From the NCBI RefSeq assembly GCF_009914755.1, contig NC_060929.1: a stretch of DNA of 64,000 nt; one strand, written 5' to 3'. Positions 15,631 to 31,643 of this stretch are shown one piece after another. The position numbers were made by a program, and so were the translations under genes. The notes beneath the pieces are model-generated. The model saw only the letters and a program-made list of their open reading frames with translations, searched no databases and was not told where the DNA came from. Position 1 is the stretch's first letter. The number at the start of each line of letters is the position of its first letter. This DNA comes from the human T2T-CHM13v2.0 reference genome, Homo sapiens.

Positions 15631-16477
15631 TTAAGGTCATACTCTTATCTGTATACGTTATCTGAATGATCTGTTTGTCATGTTACTTGCTCCTGGATAT
15701 GAATGCACTCTACATGTAAGTGCCAAATACAAGAAATCAGCCATGTGATGGTATTTTAAAATCTTGCATACTTAATTATTAAGGGCTCCTGAAAGTCCAG
15801 CATTTTCAACTCATAGGTGAAGACTTAGGGTGAGACCATAAGGTTTATGAGAGTAACAGAGTTATGGTGAATGGCTTATGTTTATAAAAAGAGGTCCCAT
15901 CAGAAATGCTTGGCAGACAGAACCAATAAGTCACTTTGGGGCAAATATCTGGCCTCCTTTAAAATAGTCTGGGAAACCATTCCTCTTCCAATCACATCAG
16001 AATTCTCAAGTAGTCCTAAAACTGAAAGAGAGAGAATTAAAACAAGCCACAAAAAACACAAAGGAATTTTGGGCTGTGGGCCTCCCAGAGAAATAGTATA
16101 ATGTAGGGTTTTATGGTTCCTAGATGACTTCTACTTGGGAATAAACTGCTGGGCAACCTGACTCAGCACAGGTGTATAGAGGGGTAATTGTGCGAACACA
16201 CGCACCTAAAATCAAGCCAATGAAGTTATTTTTACTTTTTTACTTCTTTCAGAGAATATCTGTTTATTCTGTTTCTTCTTTTCCCTAGAACTCAATCTGA
16301 ATCTGCAGCCTGAGAAGTGTAAATAAGCAAACAATATCTTTCTGTTCACCCCTCTTCTCTCACTCTGAACAATATGTATAAGAAGTTTATCTTACAAGGA
16401 TGAAAAAGTAACATCCCCCAACCCCCAATCAAGTTGCTTTACCAAAGAATCAATTCACAGACAAGAGGGTTAACCTA

Positions 16478-16875
<398 letters not shown>

Positions 16876-18109
16876 GAATGAAAAACAGTCTATAGTCTGG
16901 ACAGTGGAAAAAAGAACTTAGTCATACTGATATAAGAAATATACTGAAAACACTAATTTATGAGAGTTGACTAGATTCCCAAACTTTGGATCCCTTGTCC
17001 TGACCCTTTCTGGTGCAACCCCATCCTTTACCAAGTGTCTTAAACAAGTGTCTTAAACAATGGACTACATTCCTGCCTAGATACCAGATGGGCCTATGAC
17101 TACATCATATTGCATCTAAAATTATAAATAAGCATCTACATTAAGAAATAAGAACACAAATAAAATTGATAACCATGTCAGTGAAGAGAGAGCCTTAGAT
17201 GATACATTAGACTTAATCATGAAGTTAAAATACTAGCACATAGATGCTGCCATAATACTTCGAAACAAATGACTGAAAGACTGCATGAATTCTGGAATTT
17301 TAAGCATTATTCTTCATTTATAATTATTTTTCAATGGCTGATTCAACTGGTAAATACTTTTAAGTACAGTCACATATCTGTGGAATTATTTAACTTGTAA
17401 AATAGTTTTTCTACTATCATACTTTTTCAATAAGAAACATCTACTGAACACCTACTACAGACTAGATGTCACCACAAAAATGAATAAAGCTTCCTAACCT
17501 TAAGGAGGTTACATGTTAAGTGCTATTACATGAATCATCTTCTTCCTTTCTCAACTGGCTCCTTTTGCCTTTTATTATCCAGACCAGATAGCAGTTCCAA
17601 TTCAAGAATCCTGGGACTCCTTCTTTTTCTTCATCCCCTCTTTTCTAGCCCTACTTCACTGCCTCAGCATCTCTCTCCTGGACTACCACATGAGTGTCCT
17701 CATTGGTCTCCCTGGTTCTGGTCCTGTACCATGTGATATATTACTATATATATGACTATTCCTGTTACTTACATGATATCCAACTCATGTTTCTAGACAA
17801 GCACACAAAGCTTTCCATGATCTGATGCATGCCTACCTCTTCAGATTACATTCCTACCATATCCCTTTACATTTTGAACCACTACTAGAGAACTAATTGA
17901 AGTTTTCTGCTCAACACTCACTTCTCCAGCTTTATTCTTCTTATTGTCCATTTGCAACAACAACAACAACAAAACACTGGAACACATTCTTTAAGATTTA
18001 GCTTTGGGATTACTTCTTCCAAGAAGCCTTCTCTAGTCCCTGTCTCTCTTCAGGCTGAGCTACTTAGGTACTTCCAGAATGCCCTCAGAATATCACAATC
18101 ATTTTGTCT

Positions 18110-18490
18110 AGTCAGGGGATTAGCCATAACAAAATCATCTGGGCACTTGTCAGAAATGCAGCATCTCCGGCTCACACTCAGCATCACACTCCTCAGCTAT
18201 TGCAATATACTTTAACAGGCTGCTTCATGCAACACCGCAGCTCTTTCGCCTACCATTAGATTTACAGTTCCCATAAAGTAAATTTCTAAGACCTTAGACG
18301 TTCTCTGCTGCTCCTACACGTAAAACACCATACAGACACTCTATTAAGAGTTAATAACTTTACAGAGGACTGGGATGCACAGGAGTATTCATCTAAAAAT
18401 ACAATGACCCAGGCTTATGCAATCAGAATCTGCATTTTAACAAGATCCCCAAGTGATTCACATACACATTAGAGTTGGGAATCACTGCTG
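18110..18490. mobile_element. MER5-like element interrupted by a ~225-bp duplicated segment
   Basis: CTTGTCAGAAATGCAGCATCTCCGG left half; AATCAGAATCTGCATTTTAACAAGATCCCCAAGTGATTC right half. Confidence 0.65.
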
Positions 18491-18732
18491 TAATAACTGC
18501 ATATTTGTTTCTCCTATAAGGCAAACAGTCTCTAACTTTAGCCTGCTTTAGAACCACCTGAGATGCGTGTTATAATGCAGACTCCCAAGGCCCACACAGA
18601 ATCCAATGAAGGTCTGGGAAGGGGCCCAGGTATGTGCATTTTTGAAAGCACATACAAGCCATTACTTAGAGTCTCCCACCACTACACTTTGAAAGATGTA
18701 CTGCTAGACTGTGATATATTTAAGATAAGGGG

Positions 18733-19302
<570 letters not shown>

Positions 19303-21859
19303 TCATAACCACACTAAACTCCCTAAACTACTTATAAAAGAAACCTGGTAATTGATAAAGCTCCCAACCCAAGATTTAATATTCACTTGGATTATAAACT
19401 AGTAACTATCATTTTAAGAAGTCAATATAAAAGAAAAATCTCTGATGAAACCGCAGACAATACACTCTTTATTTTCATAAAGTCATTGTCACTAGAAAAG
19501 TAAAAATTATTCCTATTGGTCAGGCTAAAAGAAACAGGAAAATAAGAGTAATTTTGCCAAAATGGTGAATCTGAAAATAAGTGTCTAAATATCCAGTCTA
19601 ATATTAGCCTTCTCAAAGCTTTTTCATACCTATTGGTAAAAAGAAACGAACAGAGGAACACCTGAATCATTAGTTTAACACTGTATACCTGTACCTAGAC
19701 ACATGGGGAGGCACTCTATGAATGACTGTGGAATTTAACTGCAATACCAGGTAAGAGTTGTGGCTTGCCCAATGTACTGTTTTGTCTTAAAGATCAGCAG
19801 AAACTTTGTGACCGGTCACCTTTGCTGAAAAGGTTGGAGTTTCTTCACAAGCATTTTAAAGTCAGTTATGAATCACATGCACCACAAAAGAACTTAGTGC
19901 TAAAGAAAATAAAGTCTGTGAGTTAGGAAAGAGAAAAACTTAAAATCACTACAGAAACTGACATATGCAGTTATCTTAAATGCGGTTAACTAGGCTATAA
20001 GAAAACCAAAATGATGTAAAAATTCTATTCATATGACAAACATTAGACAAAAAAGGATACAATATTGCTTAACCAATGCACCAAGGTGTTATATAACACC
20101 TGGTGTCGATCCTATGCTCATACTAAAGTTAAATAAGTCAGAAAATTTGTGCTGTTTTACTTATGCTGTGAACAGAATTACACAGTTTAATGCCAATGTG
20201 CATTATTCTATATGGATTTGTCCAAGCTGGAATTTTATAAAACAGGCCAAACACATTGGCATTTTGAAAATTAAATCACAGACTTATAGTGATAGCTGCA
20301 AGCAAAGTTCAACTGTTTAACAATCACAATTTAATCAGCTCACAGGACTTATACACTGCATCTATCTAAGCAGTGTATGTATACGATAAATATGCACATT
20401 ATGTATCAATAACAAAAACAGGATGGAAGACTTTTTATCTAAAAGCTTTGAATTCACATAAAATTAATCCCTATTAAGATATAAACAATTTATCAACATT
20501 TTAAAACATCTCATATCACTACAATCATAACCTTTCGGTTTGGAAATCTGAATCTTTCAGTGAAGGTATAGGCTCTGCTAATCGATCAACACCTATGAGA
20601 GGAGGAAGGAATATAAACGTTTCACTCTTTCTTTTGTGAGAATCTGTTCATCCTTCAGGGCTCAGCTCACATTATTCAACAAATATTTCTTAGTGCTTCT
20701 CAGATACCAGGTACTATTTAAGGTCCTAGTGCAATGTTGACCAAAAGGACTAAGCTGTTGCAAATGTTGAAATAGAAACAATTGCCACTGGCCAATATGG
20801 CAACTGGGTACTTGAAATGTGGTGGCTACTACCAAAAGAATCACTTAATTTTTAATTTGATTTAATTAATTCAAATCAAAATAGCCAAATGTGGCTAGTG
20901 GCTACCAGATTGGACAGGGCAGCCCAGTCCTAAGTATAGAGGTAAACAAGATAGACGAAAATGTTACCTTTGTGAAGTTTATAATCCAGTGTAATAGAAA
21001 GACATTAAACAAATAAACCAATACATACGTAATGTGAGGTGGTCATTGGAAGTGGTCCCTTTAGGAAGGGTGTTTAAGGAAGGCCTCTCTAAAGATATCT
21101 GGATTATGTACATGCCTGTCTATATACTCCTATGAACACTACACTAACATATAGCACAGAACTCTATACAAATGCTTGTCTTGTTCAGCTGTACTCTGGC
21201 ACCTACCATAATGTGGTTCTTGACCAAGTGTGCAGAAGTAATCTGCAAAGCTCCCCAAACTGATCCGGTCATGCAGTGTTCAAAATACACCAGCAACTCA
21301 GAATTTGGAAAACGTGGGGAAAGAACACAGCAAAAACAAGCCGCTCTTTCCTCCCATCCAGTCTCAAGCAGCTTTTGAGCTTCACTTCAAAACACAGCAA
21401 TGCGGAGCAAAGATTGCCTTCTCCTTTCTTTCTTCTCATCCCCAGCTTTTACTGTAAATGAAGTCGCTTAGTCTCTGCCGCACCACACTCTTCAGCTATT
21501 GCGATACTTTTAACAGGCTGCTTCACGCAACACCACACCTCTTTCGCCTACCATTAGATTTATAGTTCCCACAAAGTTTCTAAGACCTTAGAGGTTCTCT
21601 GCCGCTCCTACACATAAAACACCATACAGACACTCTATTAAGAGTTAATGACTTTAGAGAGGACAAGGATGCACAGAAGTATTCATCTAAAAATACGACG
21701 ACAAACTTTGTCCTTTTCCTTTTACACTCGGAAGTAATGAGGCAAAGTGACAGGCTATGGGAGCGGGTAAAAAAGCAGCTCAGAGTTGCCAGAAGAAAAG
21801 GGAAGTGAAAAAGCCGGAAACTGGAGATGCTACAGCCCTCGACCTACAGCCTTCCAGAC

Positions 21860-22420
<561 letters not shown>

Positions 22421-23930
22421 TTGTGAAAATCAAGTCCACAAATCCCTCCGTCAGAATTTTTATCTTGGGAAGCGCAAGGTCAAAAGCATCAAGTACGCTT
22501 TGAGACAATTCTGGCTCTGTAGAACCTGAGGATGGTATATCTGAAAACGAGGATGGATCAGTATAAACTTGCTAACAGATTCATTTTTGGAGGGCCAGTT
22601 TTAAGCCGAACGGTTAGGGAAACAGAAAAACAAACCAGTGGAGATAAATGTTTATTGACACTACAAAAGCTCAGAGACTTTCCTAATCTTAATCCTTTCT
22701 GGATACCAGGAATCACTTAAAAATCTGTGTATAATGCCCCCAAACATATACAACATGCATATTCATACCTATATATGACTGCTTGCGTCATTCTTTTACA
22801 AATCTTACAGATTTTACTTTGCTTGAGTCGACGTGTTATCAAGAATCAATGGTGCATCAATCTGCAACAGCAAAATAAGCTCAATATCTTCTCCAATTAC
22901 CTGCATTCTAAAAAATTTAAACATGCTTCTAGTTCTTTTTTCCAAAAATAGGGATTTAAGTTGTTTAGCCGGTATACTATGCCCTTTAAACTTTCATGAG
23001 GCATTCCTGAGTAGCGGGTGGGGGGATCCACCCAATAATATAACTAAACTAGGTTCCCTGTGATCAACTTAGCTAATAAAATTTTGGGTTTAATTTTGTT
23101 AGCTTTCTTAGAAAATGTAATTCTTATACTCTATGGGCTGGGGTAATCTTACACTTATTCAACAATCCAAAGTGCTCTGAATAATTTTTGGTACTATTAA
23201 CTACTTATTCACAGGTATTCCTGCATGTCTTTACAAAATGCCGCATTTAACAGCCACAGACGGATTCTAGGCTGTCCTCGGTACTTCCCTACAAATACGG
23301 AGCTCACAGTCCTTGCCCTTCAGGTGTGCCCAGTCTGGAGTTTCCACTGTTATTAAAATTAAGATCTCTCACTTAGCACACATACCCCCAAATGCCTGAA
23401 GATTTTTAAAGTGGAGTCTTATACACATTTAACTTACTGGAATCAGCTATGGACACTCTATACATTCTCAGAAAATTAATTCTAATAAACATGGCCCTTA
23501 AGTTAGGGAAGCCAAATGTTTCATCTGATTCTCAGCTCAAGGACTAGCAATCTGATCCAAATCTAGAGGAAAAATTTGCAATGTGGGACTCATTCAGAGA
23601 TAATACAGAATGCCTCCTAGGTCGGTAAAAGGCTTTCCATGAGTGATTTTATCCCTACAAGATTTTTGGCATGTGCATAACAGAATGGGAATGATAGAAC
23701 ATCTATATAATTGAGTGTTATTTAGCCATTACATGATAATGTTTGAATTAGGTAGAAATGTACGAAAATGTGTAATGCAATTATAGCATAGTAATTAATA
23801 TGTACTGTATGACTGTAACAATTTAAAAATATGTAGGTATGTTTTTTGAAAAAGTTACCCTGGAATTATGGGTACTTTATAACATTTCTTCTTTAGTGTT
23901 TTTTCTATGTTTCTTATTAATGTAGTTTTT

Positions 23931-24867
23931 TTGTTTCCAGGCTTACTTCATTTTATTTTTCTTGTACAACCCGATGTTGTAGCCACCGCTGGAGCCTGGG
24001 TCCTCTGCACGGAGACTCTGGTGTGGGTCTTGAGGAGGTGGTCAGTGAATTCCTGATAGGGAGACTTGGTGAATACAGTCTCCTTCCAGAGGTCAGGGTT
24101 CAGCCTGCTGTAGACCTTAGAGATGGCATAAAAAATGACCATGACGAAGTTGCCCAGGATGGCAGTGCAGCCCCTGGCTGAGGTGTAGCAGTCATTGATA
24201 GCTGCCATCAGCAGCAGCTTCTTGGCCATGGGGGCCGAGACGATGCCAGTGCTCCTGGGCGCAGGGATGACCCGCGCCAGCACAGAGCCGTGGCAGCCTG
24301 TCACCTTGCAAGGGATGGTGTGGGGCTTGCCGATCTTGTTCCCCCAGTAGCCTCTGCGCATGGGCACAACGGAGAGCTTGGCCAGGATGATGGCCCCGCA
24401 GATGGCAGTGGCCACCTCCTTGGAGCACTTAACACCCAGATCAGTGTGGCCACTGTCCCTGATGGCAACAAACGCCTTGAACCTGGTGTTCTGGCCGGTG
24501 CAGGTCTGCTTCTGCACTGGCACGTCTTCAAAACCTCCTTCTTGAGAGAGGCCCCAGGAAAAAGTCAATGATCACAGACTCCTTGATGGGCAGAGAGAAG
24601 AGATAGATCTACTCCAGGGACTTAATCTTCATGTCCTTGACCAGGCAGCCCAGCTTGGTGACAACCATCTACTCCTTGTCCTTGGTCTTGCCTCCACGAG
24701 CTCTGCAGCTGGCCCCGGCCCCGTCCATGGCCGCGACACGAGTTCCCCATCCCAGGGCCGGCTGAGACCCCAGTTCCCCATCCCAGAGCCCCCCGGGCCT
24801 CCGGGCCTCCCAGGTCCCCCGCTGCACCGGCATCATCCGCGATTTGGTGTTTTCTCAGAGAAAAAGC
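23931..24867 (-). pseudogene. RPS2 (40S ribosomal protein uS5) processed pseudogene
   Basis: Intronless, full-length RPS2-like sequence from the pyrimidine-rich 5' end to AATAAA (23952-23957). Start ATG is mutated to ATC, with premature TAG codons near 24610 and 24670 and indels. 13-bp TSD TAATGTA(G/C)TTTTT at 23918-23930 and 24868-24880. Confidence 0.95.
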
Positions 24868-25195
24868 TAATGTACTTTTTAAACCAGTATAAGAAATATT
24901 TATTTGACATCTTGTTTATGAACCTGTAACTTCTATGAAGTCTGTAACTGAAGATATTTGTTTATCTTACATCTTTTATATAAAGGATCTATATAATAAA
25001 TTCATCATTTATTTCAGATTCAGCTAGAAAAACTGATTTCTTCAGAGGAACTTCCATACTTTTCTTTATTTAAAAAAAAAATAAAAAAACAAAGCCATAA
25101 GAATCACATCATCCAGAATGCTTACCTTGGATACAGGAATTTGAAAGCTGCATTTCGGTGCAACAAAAAGCAACACGTAAAAAAGCAATATGTAA

Positions 25196-25723
<528 letters not shown>

Positions 25724-26061
25724 TGAATATTAACTGTAAAATAAGAAAAGATTTTCACCGCTACTCATAGTACCTTTCTAACTGAGTCATTTAACCTAAA
25801 TGCATCCCATTAACAATGAAAGATAAAGATAAACAATGAAAGATTAAGATAAAAAAAGATTTATAAGAGATAAATTTCCTGTGTTTTTATGTATATAGTA
25901 TCTTTCCTATGAGAACAAATTAAATAACGTTAGAAAGGAATATTTTATAATATGAAAAGTTGAACTGTATTCAATTACATTGTGTTTTCATGTCTAAAAG
26001 TTTAGAAATTTAAGAACTAACTCTTGCCCAAATATGTTAATCTAACAGCTTTAAAAGATCT

Positions 26062-26378
26062 TATTCATTCATTCCTTCATTCATTCATTTTAGAGACAGG
26101 GTCTCTCTCTCACCCAGGCTGGAGTAGAGTGGTGCCATCGTAGCTCACTGCAACCTGGAACTCCTGGGTTCAAGTGATCCTCCCACCTTATCCTCCCAAG
26201 TAGCTGGGACTACAGGTGTGTGCCACCATACCCAGTTAATTAAACTTTTTTTTTTTTTTTCTGTAGAGACAGGGTCTCCCTGTGTTGCCCAGGCTAGTGT
26301 CAAACTCCAGGCCTCAATTCTCCTACCTTGACCTCTGAAAGTGCTGGGATTACAAGCATGAGCCACCATGCCCCACCT
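26062..26378 (-). mobile_element. AluJ with (TTCA)n tail
   Basis: Reverse Alu with J-type GATCCTCCCACC. Confidence 0.85.
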
Positions 26379-26697
26379 AAAACATTTTAAGTGCCATCAA
26401 GAGAAATCACAGTATTTTAAAGCTGGCTTATTTCAGATGATGTTTCAGAACAAAGAATTTTCCTATTTTGAGGCAAACAGAAGCAGAAAAGAAAACTGCA
26501 TTAGCCAGGAAGATGTGAAAGACACAAAGATTTTATAAATCTGTGAAATCCAGAAAGGCTGAAGGAAAATTTGGAATTGCTGAAGGAAACCAAAAAGATT
26601 ATATCAATAATACAATTAATAGGGTATATGAGAGACATATTTTTAAAATAAATATTCTCTATATAAAACAAAGCATGCTTCAAACAAATACAAAATA

Positions 26698-26703
26698 TTT
26701 ATT
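26698..26703 (-). terminator. Candidate polyadenylation signal AATAAA of the CCDC112 3'UTR
   Basis: TGTAATAAA about 500 nt past the stop, followed by U/GU-rich sequence; other sites may also be used. Confidence 0.6.
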
Positions 26704-27199
26704 ACACAAAAATGTCATAACTGACAAACTGCCAATTTGTTAAACATAGAAAAAGTACTAACATTTCGTAACTCTAAACAAAAACCACTTTACCTTTTTG
26801 TTACTCAAGCTAACTTAACTCCAAGTTATAAAAGTTACAAAATTTTGGTTTAAAAAATGTCATTGTATGATTGTTCCAATTTACTTTGCTATGCTATAAC
26901 AAAAACAAAATCTCTTTGAAATGTTTTCAGTATTTAAATTGAATAATGTTTCTAACATTAACTTATTTAAATAACTTTTACATCAATAATAGGCCAACAC
27001 ATATATTAAATACCTTCTTGGTAGAAGCAGGAATACTAATGACAAAGCCTCATGAAACTTAATACCTCTCAATTCACAATATAGCACAATAATCAATCTG
27101 ACTAAGCTATTGATATTTAAAGAATGTGGTTAGTCACTCTCTCCCTGGTATAACTTAGTATGTTAACATTCTTATCAACTGAGTAGCAATTTGATTATC

Positions 27200-27242
27200 T
27201 CATACTCTTCTCTGTATTCCTTGTCTCCAGGTTGGAATAGCC
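27200..27242 (-). CDS. CCDC112: CCDC112 exon 10, coding part (43 nt; (R)AIPTWRQGIQRRV*)
   Basis: CTCCTTAG|GGCT...GTATGA; closes a 1590-nt spliced ORF. Confidence 0.92.
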
Positions 27243-27597
27243 CTAAGGAGAAAAAGAGAAAAGCAATTGTAAATATGTAGGAAATTAAAAAGAAAAAAAC
27301 CCTATCTGATTAAGTGCTAACTTTAAAATATATATATAACCTACCCTGCATGTTGTTTGGCTGGTTCATATGGGCATGTAGGTTTGCAACCCTCATTAAG
27401 GTTTTATTTCTAGCTCTAGCTCTCAAACTGATTGACAGACAAACCAATCAGTTAATCTACTTATTAATCTATCGATCTTTCATTCATTCTTTTTCAATAC
27501 TACTCTCCTTATAAAAATAAATATTAATGTGAAAAAGGCAGAAAATGGCATCTACTAACATGAATGTAATATCTAATAGGGCATCAGGTACTACTTT

Positions 27598-27916
<319 letters not shown>

Positions 27917-27949
27917 TTATTTTTAAATAAAAGTGACCTGAAAGGCAAA

Positions 27950-28135
27950 TATATATATATATTTTTCATATATATATGAAAAAATATGTATATTTATAGA
28001 TATTATATATCCTTATATATTATATAAATATGTTATATATTTATATAAAAAAGATTTAGGTAAAAAACATTTATATATTATACACACTTACATATTATAT
28101 TTTCATATATATATGAAAAATATAATTTACATATA
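27950..28135. repeat. AT-rich low-complexity region with two copies of the palindrome TTTTCATATATATATGAAAA
   Basis: 27962-27983 and ~28100-28119. Confidence 0.8.
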
Positions 28136-28205
28136 GTAAGTGCATAAAATATAAACATGCAGCAATTAAATTACTAAATGAACACCAATTCTAACTCTTT
28201 CTTAC

Positions 28206-28324
28206 CTATGTGGGATATGTAGAAGTGGCCCAGAGCCTGTTGGTCCTATCTTTTTGGTTCGTTCTTCCCAACCTTTGGTGGGTTTGTAAAGCCTAGAGGG
28301 ATCTCTACTAACATTGTTTTCAAC
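28206..28324 (-). CDS. CCDC112: CCDC112 exon 9 (119 nt; VENNVSRDPSRLYKPTKGWEERTKKIGPTGSGPLLHIPH)
   Basis: TTACAG|GTTGAA...CATAG|GTAAG. Confidence 0.93.
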
Positions 28325-29026
28325 CTGTAATCAGAAGTAAAATAGTACCAGTTAATTATACAAACTCAGTTTGTACTAGTAAATAAGTAAAAGCCTTAGT
28401 GCAGTTTTAAAAGACATAGTTGATATTGGCTAATAAAACCATTAATAACCTCAGTAAACTTCTCATTGGGCTCATATAGCTAAAAGAAAATTTAGACTAC
28501 ATCAATCTATTCATAAACTGTTAGTTTATTTCTTTTAGTTCTATTATTTTATTCTATTCCTATTTTTCTATTTCTATTATGAGAGAAATGTAATGCAGCT
28601 AAGTATGCTAGTGATATAGCCAGACAACAAATTTAGGATAAGTAACTACCAATAAGTCTTCCGTTTTATCCATGAGGGTCACCAATATCTTTAGCTCTGA
28701 GTACTGCAAGAGAGATTAAGCAATGCTCATAGCTGCCATTGATCTAAAATAAAGGTTCATATAGAAACAAATTTTTAAATGACAAGTAGGGGGAACAATA
28801 ATTCAGAGTGAAAGAAAACGGTGCTCATAAGGTAAAATGACAGAATTCAAATAATGGTTGCTTAAATTGTACCAAGTTATGCTTGCTAATATGTAAATAA
28901 GTATGAAATTTAAAGTAGATGTTATAGAAATAAGGTGAGATATAAAGGAAATAGATTTGATGTCAGTATCCTTACAAATCAAGGAATTAGGATAATAACA
29001 ATGAAAATAATCTCGGTGCAGAGTAC

Positions 29027-29122
29027 CTTTTCTTTTAATTTTGCCAGTCTTCTTTGTTTTTGTGACTTTTCATCTTCCTTTGCCTGTCTATCTAGAATTT
29101 TCAGTTCAAGTTTATGTAAATC
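29027..29122 (-). CDS. CCDC112: CCDC112 exon 8 (96 nt; DLHKLELKILDRQAKEDEKSQKQRRLAKLKEK)
   Basis: TTTTAAG|GATTTA...GAAAAG|GTACTC; phase 0/0. Confidence 0.92.
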
Positions 29123-30536
29123 CTTAAAAAAAAAAACCCATAGCATTAAGAAAGCATGTGAACTAGAATTTGTTCAAAATTTAGTTGTTCACAAGTAAAA
29201 TTAAATTACCTTACCTATCAATATTCCTTCAATATTAATTCTTTCCAACAAAGCCTAAGAGCTTTATTTTCTCTGAATATAAATGTTAACACATGCACAT
29301 CCCTTCTGTATTATTTTATTTTAGGCATCTCTTGTTTTCCTTTAAGGTTCAACCTAAAACTCCCTTTTAATAGGTGAGTTAATCCCATTTTCATTCATCA
29401 ATGCAGGTATGTCTGATTTCAGATCTCTCATTATTTTATATTTTCTGTTTTGTGGGTTTTATTTTTTTCTTTTATTATGTGTCCTGCTTATTTTTGGGGT
29501 GTATGAGGAGGAATGGGAACTTTTGTTACTTAGGAAGATTTTTATATATGAACTAAAAGAAATGAACTAAAATTTTCAGTATTAATGTGCTTTGTCTGTG
29601 TTTTTGTCCGTTATTTTTCTTTGTACCTCCCTTAGTTTTTTGCTTTACAAACATTGCTGCTATATATTTTGATGCACATAACAATTCATAAATTATATCT
29701 CATTTGCACCCTTTTTCATTTTAAAGTCCCCTTCCTTGTCTTAATACTTTTTGGAATGAATTCTGCCAGTATGTCTTTATTAGCATTTTTCTTATATATG
29801 TTTGTTTAAAATCACCTTTAATTTGACCACCCAGCAATAATCTCGATTCCTTTAAGAAGATAAGTTTCTACAATGCACTTAACTCTAGGGTACAAGGATG
29901 TTCAAAAAAACACACCACTAATGCAAACACACCACTAATGCCCTCATGGAGCCTACATTATGGTGGGGAAATGAACAAATAGGCAAGTCATCAATATGGT
30001 AAAGCCAGCCAGTTTGGCAGAGAAGACAAATCATTCAGTCTTGCCTATGGCTACCTTTCTAGTCTCATCATCTGTTGGTTCCCCTCTCCTGCTTAATGCC
30101 CTAAGAATACTGAAGTGTTAATAGTCTCCATCACAAACCATACTGTTACACTCTTTCAAGCTGCTATTCATGCTGTTGTCTCTGCTAGGAAGGACCTCAT
30201 TTTTCCTTCCCTTCTTCAAGACTCAACCTAAGTATTACCTTCTCTCTGCCACTCATAGCTGTGGTAGCGTCCCTCCCTGTACTCCCTCCTAAGTACTATG
30301 TCCATACCTCAATCACCACACTCTTTAACACATTATACTGCAATCTCCTACTTCCACATATCTTTCCCACTAGACTATAACCTACTAGAAGTTAGGGAGC
30401 ACGGCTTACTCATTTTGGTATACTAATGCTATACACAGGTCCAATATACAAATACTCAATTTTTGCTTAACTGAATTTGGAAGTAATACCTCCATGTGTA
30501 GCATTTAAAAATTATTTAGGAAATAGATTTACTCAC

Positions 30537-30950
30537 TCTTTCTTGAAATCTGGAAATTTCATCAGCAGCATTTTTCCTTTTTTCTGCCTTTTCTGCCTTT
30601 TCCCTTATCTCCTTTTCAAGCCTCAAAAATTCTTCCTGTTCTTTCTTCTGCTGGGTATAACTTTCTAGTAGTAATTTTAACTTAAACTGGCGCTGGCGTT
30701 CTTTCTGATGTTTTTTCTCTTTCTCTTCTTCTTCTTTTAACTGGGAAGCACATTTCATTGACATTTCTATACTTTTCTGTTTCTTCCAAGCTTCAACTGC
30801 CAATTTCTGTTTCTTTCTTTGTTCCTCTTTTTGCTTTTGATTATCCTCTTGTTTATTATGAAAAAGCACAGGTGTGTTGTCTGCCTTTTCCTTTAACTTG
30901 AAAATTTCCTCCCTTTTTTGCTGCTTTTTAGTTTTCCAAATCTGAATTGA
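30537..30950 (-). CDS. CCDC112: CCDC112 exon 7 (414 nt; K/E/Q-rich coiled coil)
   Basis: CATTTAG|TCAATT...GAAAGA|GTGAGT; overlaps ORF 30516..30869. Confidence 0.94.
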
Positions 30951-31220
30951 CTAAATGATTTTTTTAAAAAAAGAAAGCAAGAGAAAAAAGTTTTTTAATA
31001 GCCAAAAGTATTTTAAAATACATCAATTCCATCTTTCTAGAAAGAATATTGATTGCAGAATGCTGGATGCTTAGGTTTTTCAGCTTTGTTTTAACCATTG
31101 CAATTTTTTTCTACTTCTGTTTTTTAAAAATTGCTGTCTCTTAAAACTCTGAATAATGGGTCATCCTTTTGGCCTTCCTCTTTCTCTCTTAATCAAGTTC
31201 AAAAGGACTACAACTCATGA

Positions 31221-31643
<423 letters not shown>

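Noticed and set aside
23948-24568. 206-aa ORF as a functional ribosomal protein S2 gene
   Set aside because: Retrocopy with lost ATG, upstream stops, indels and TSD
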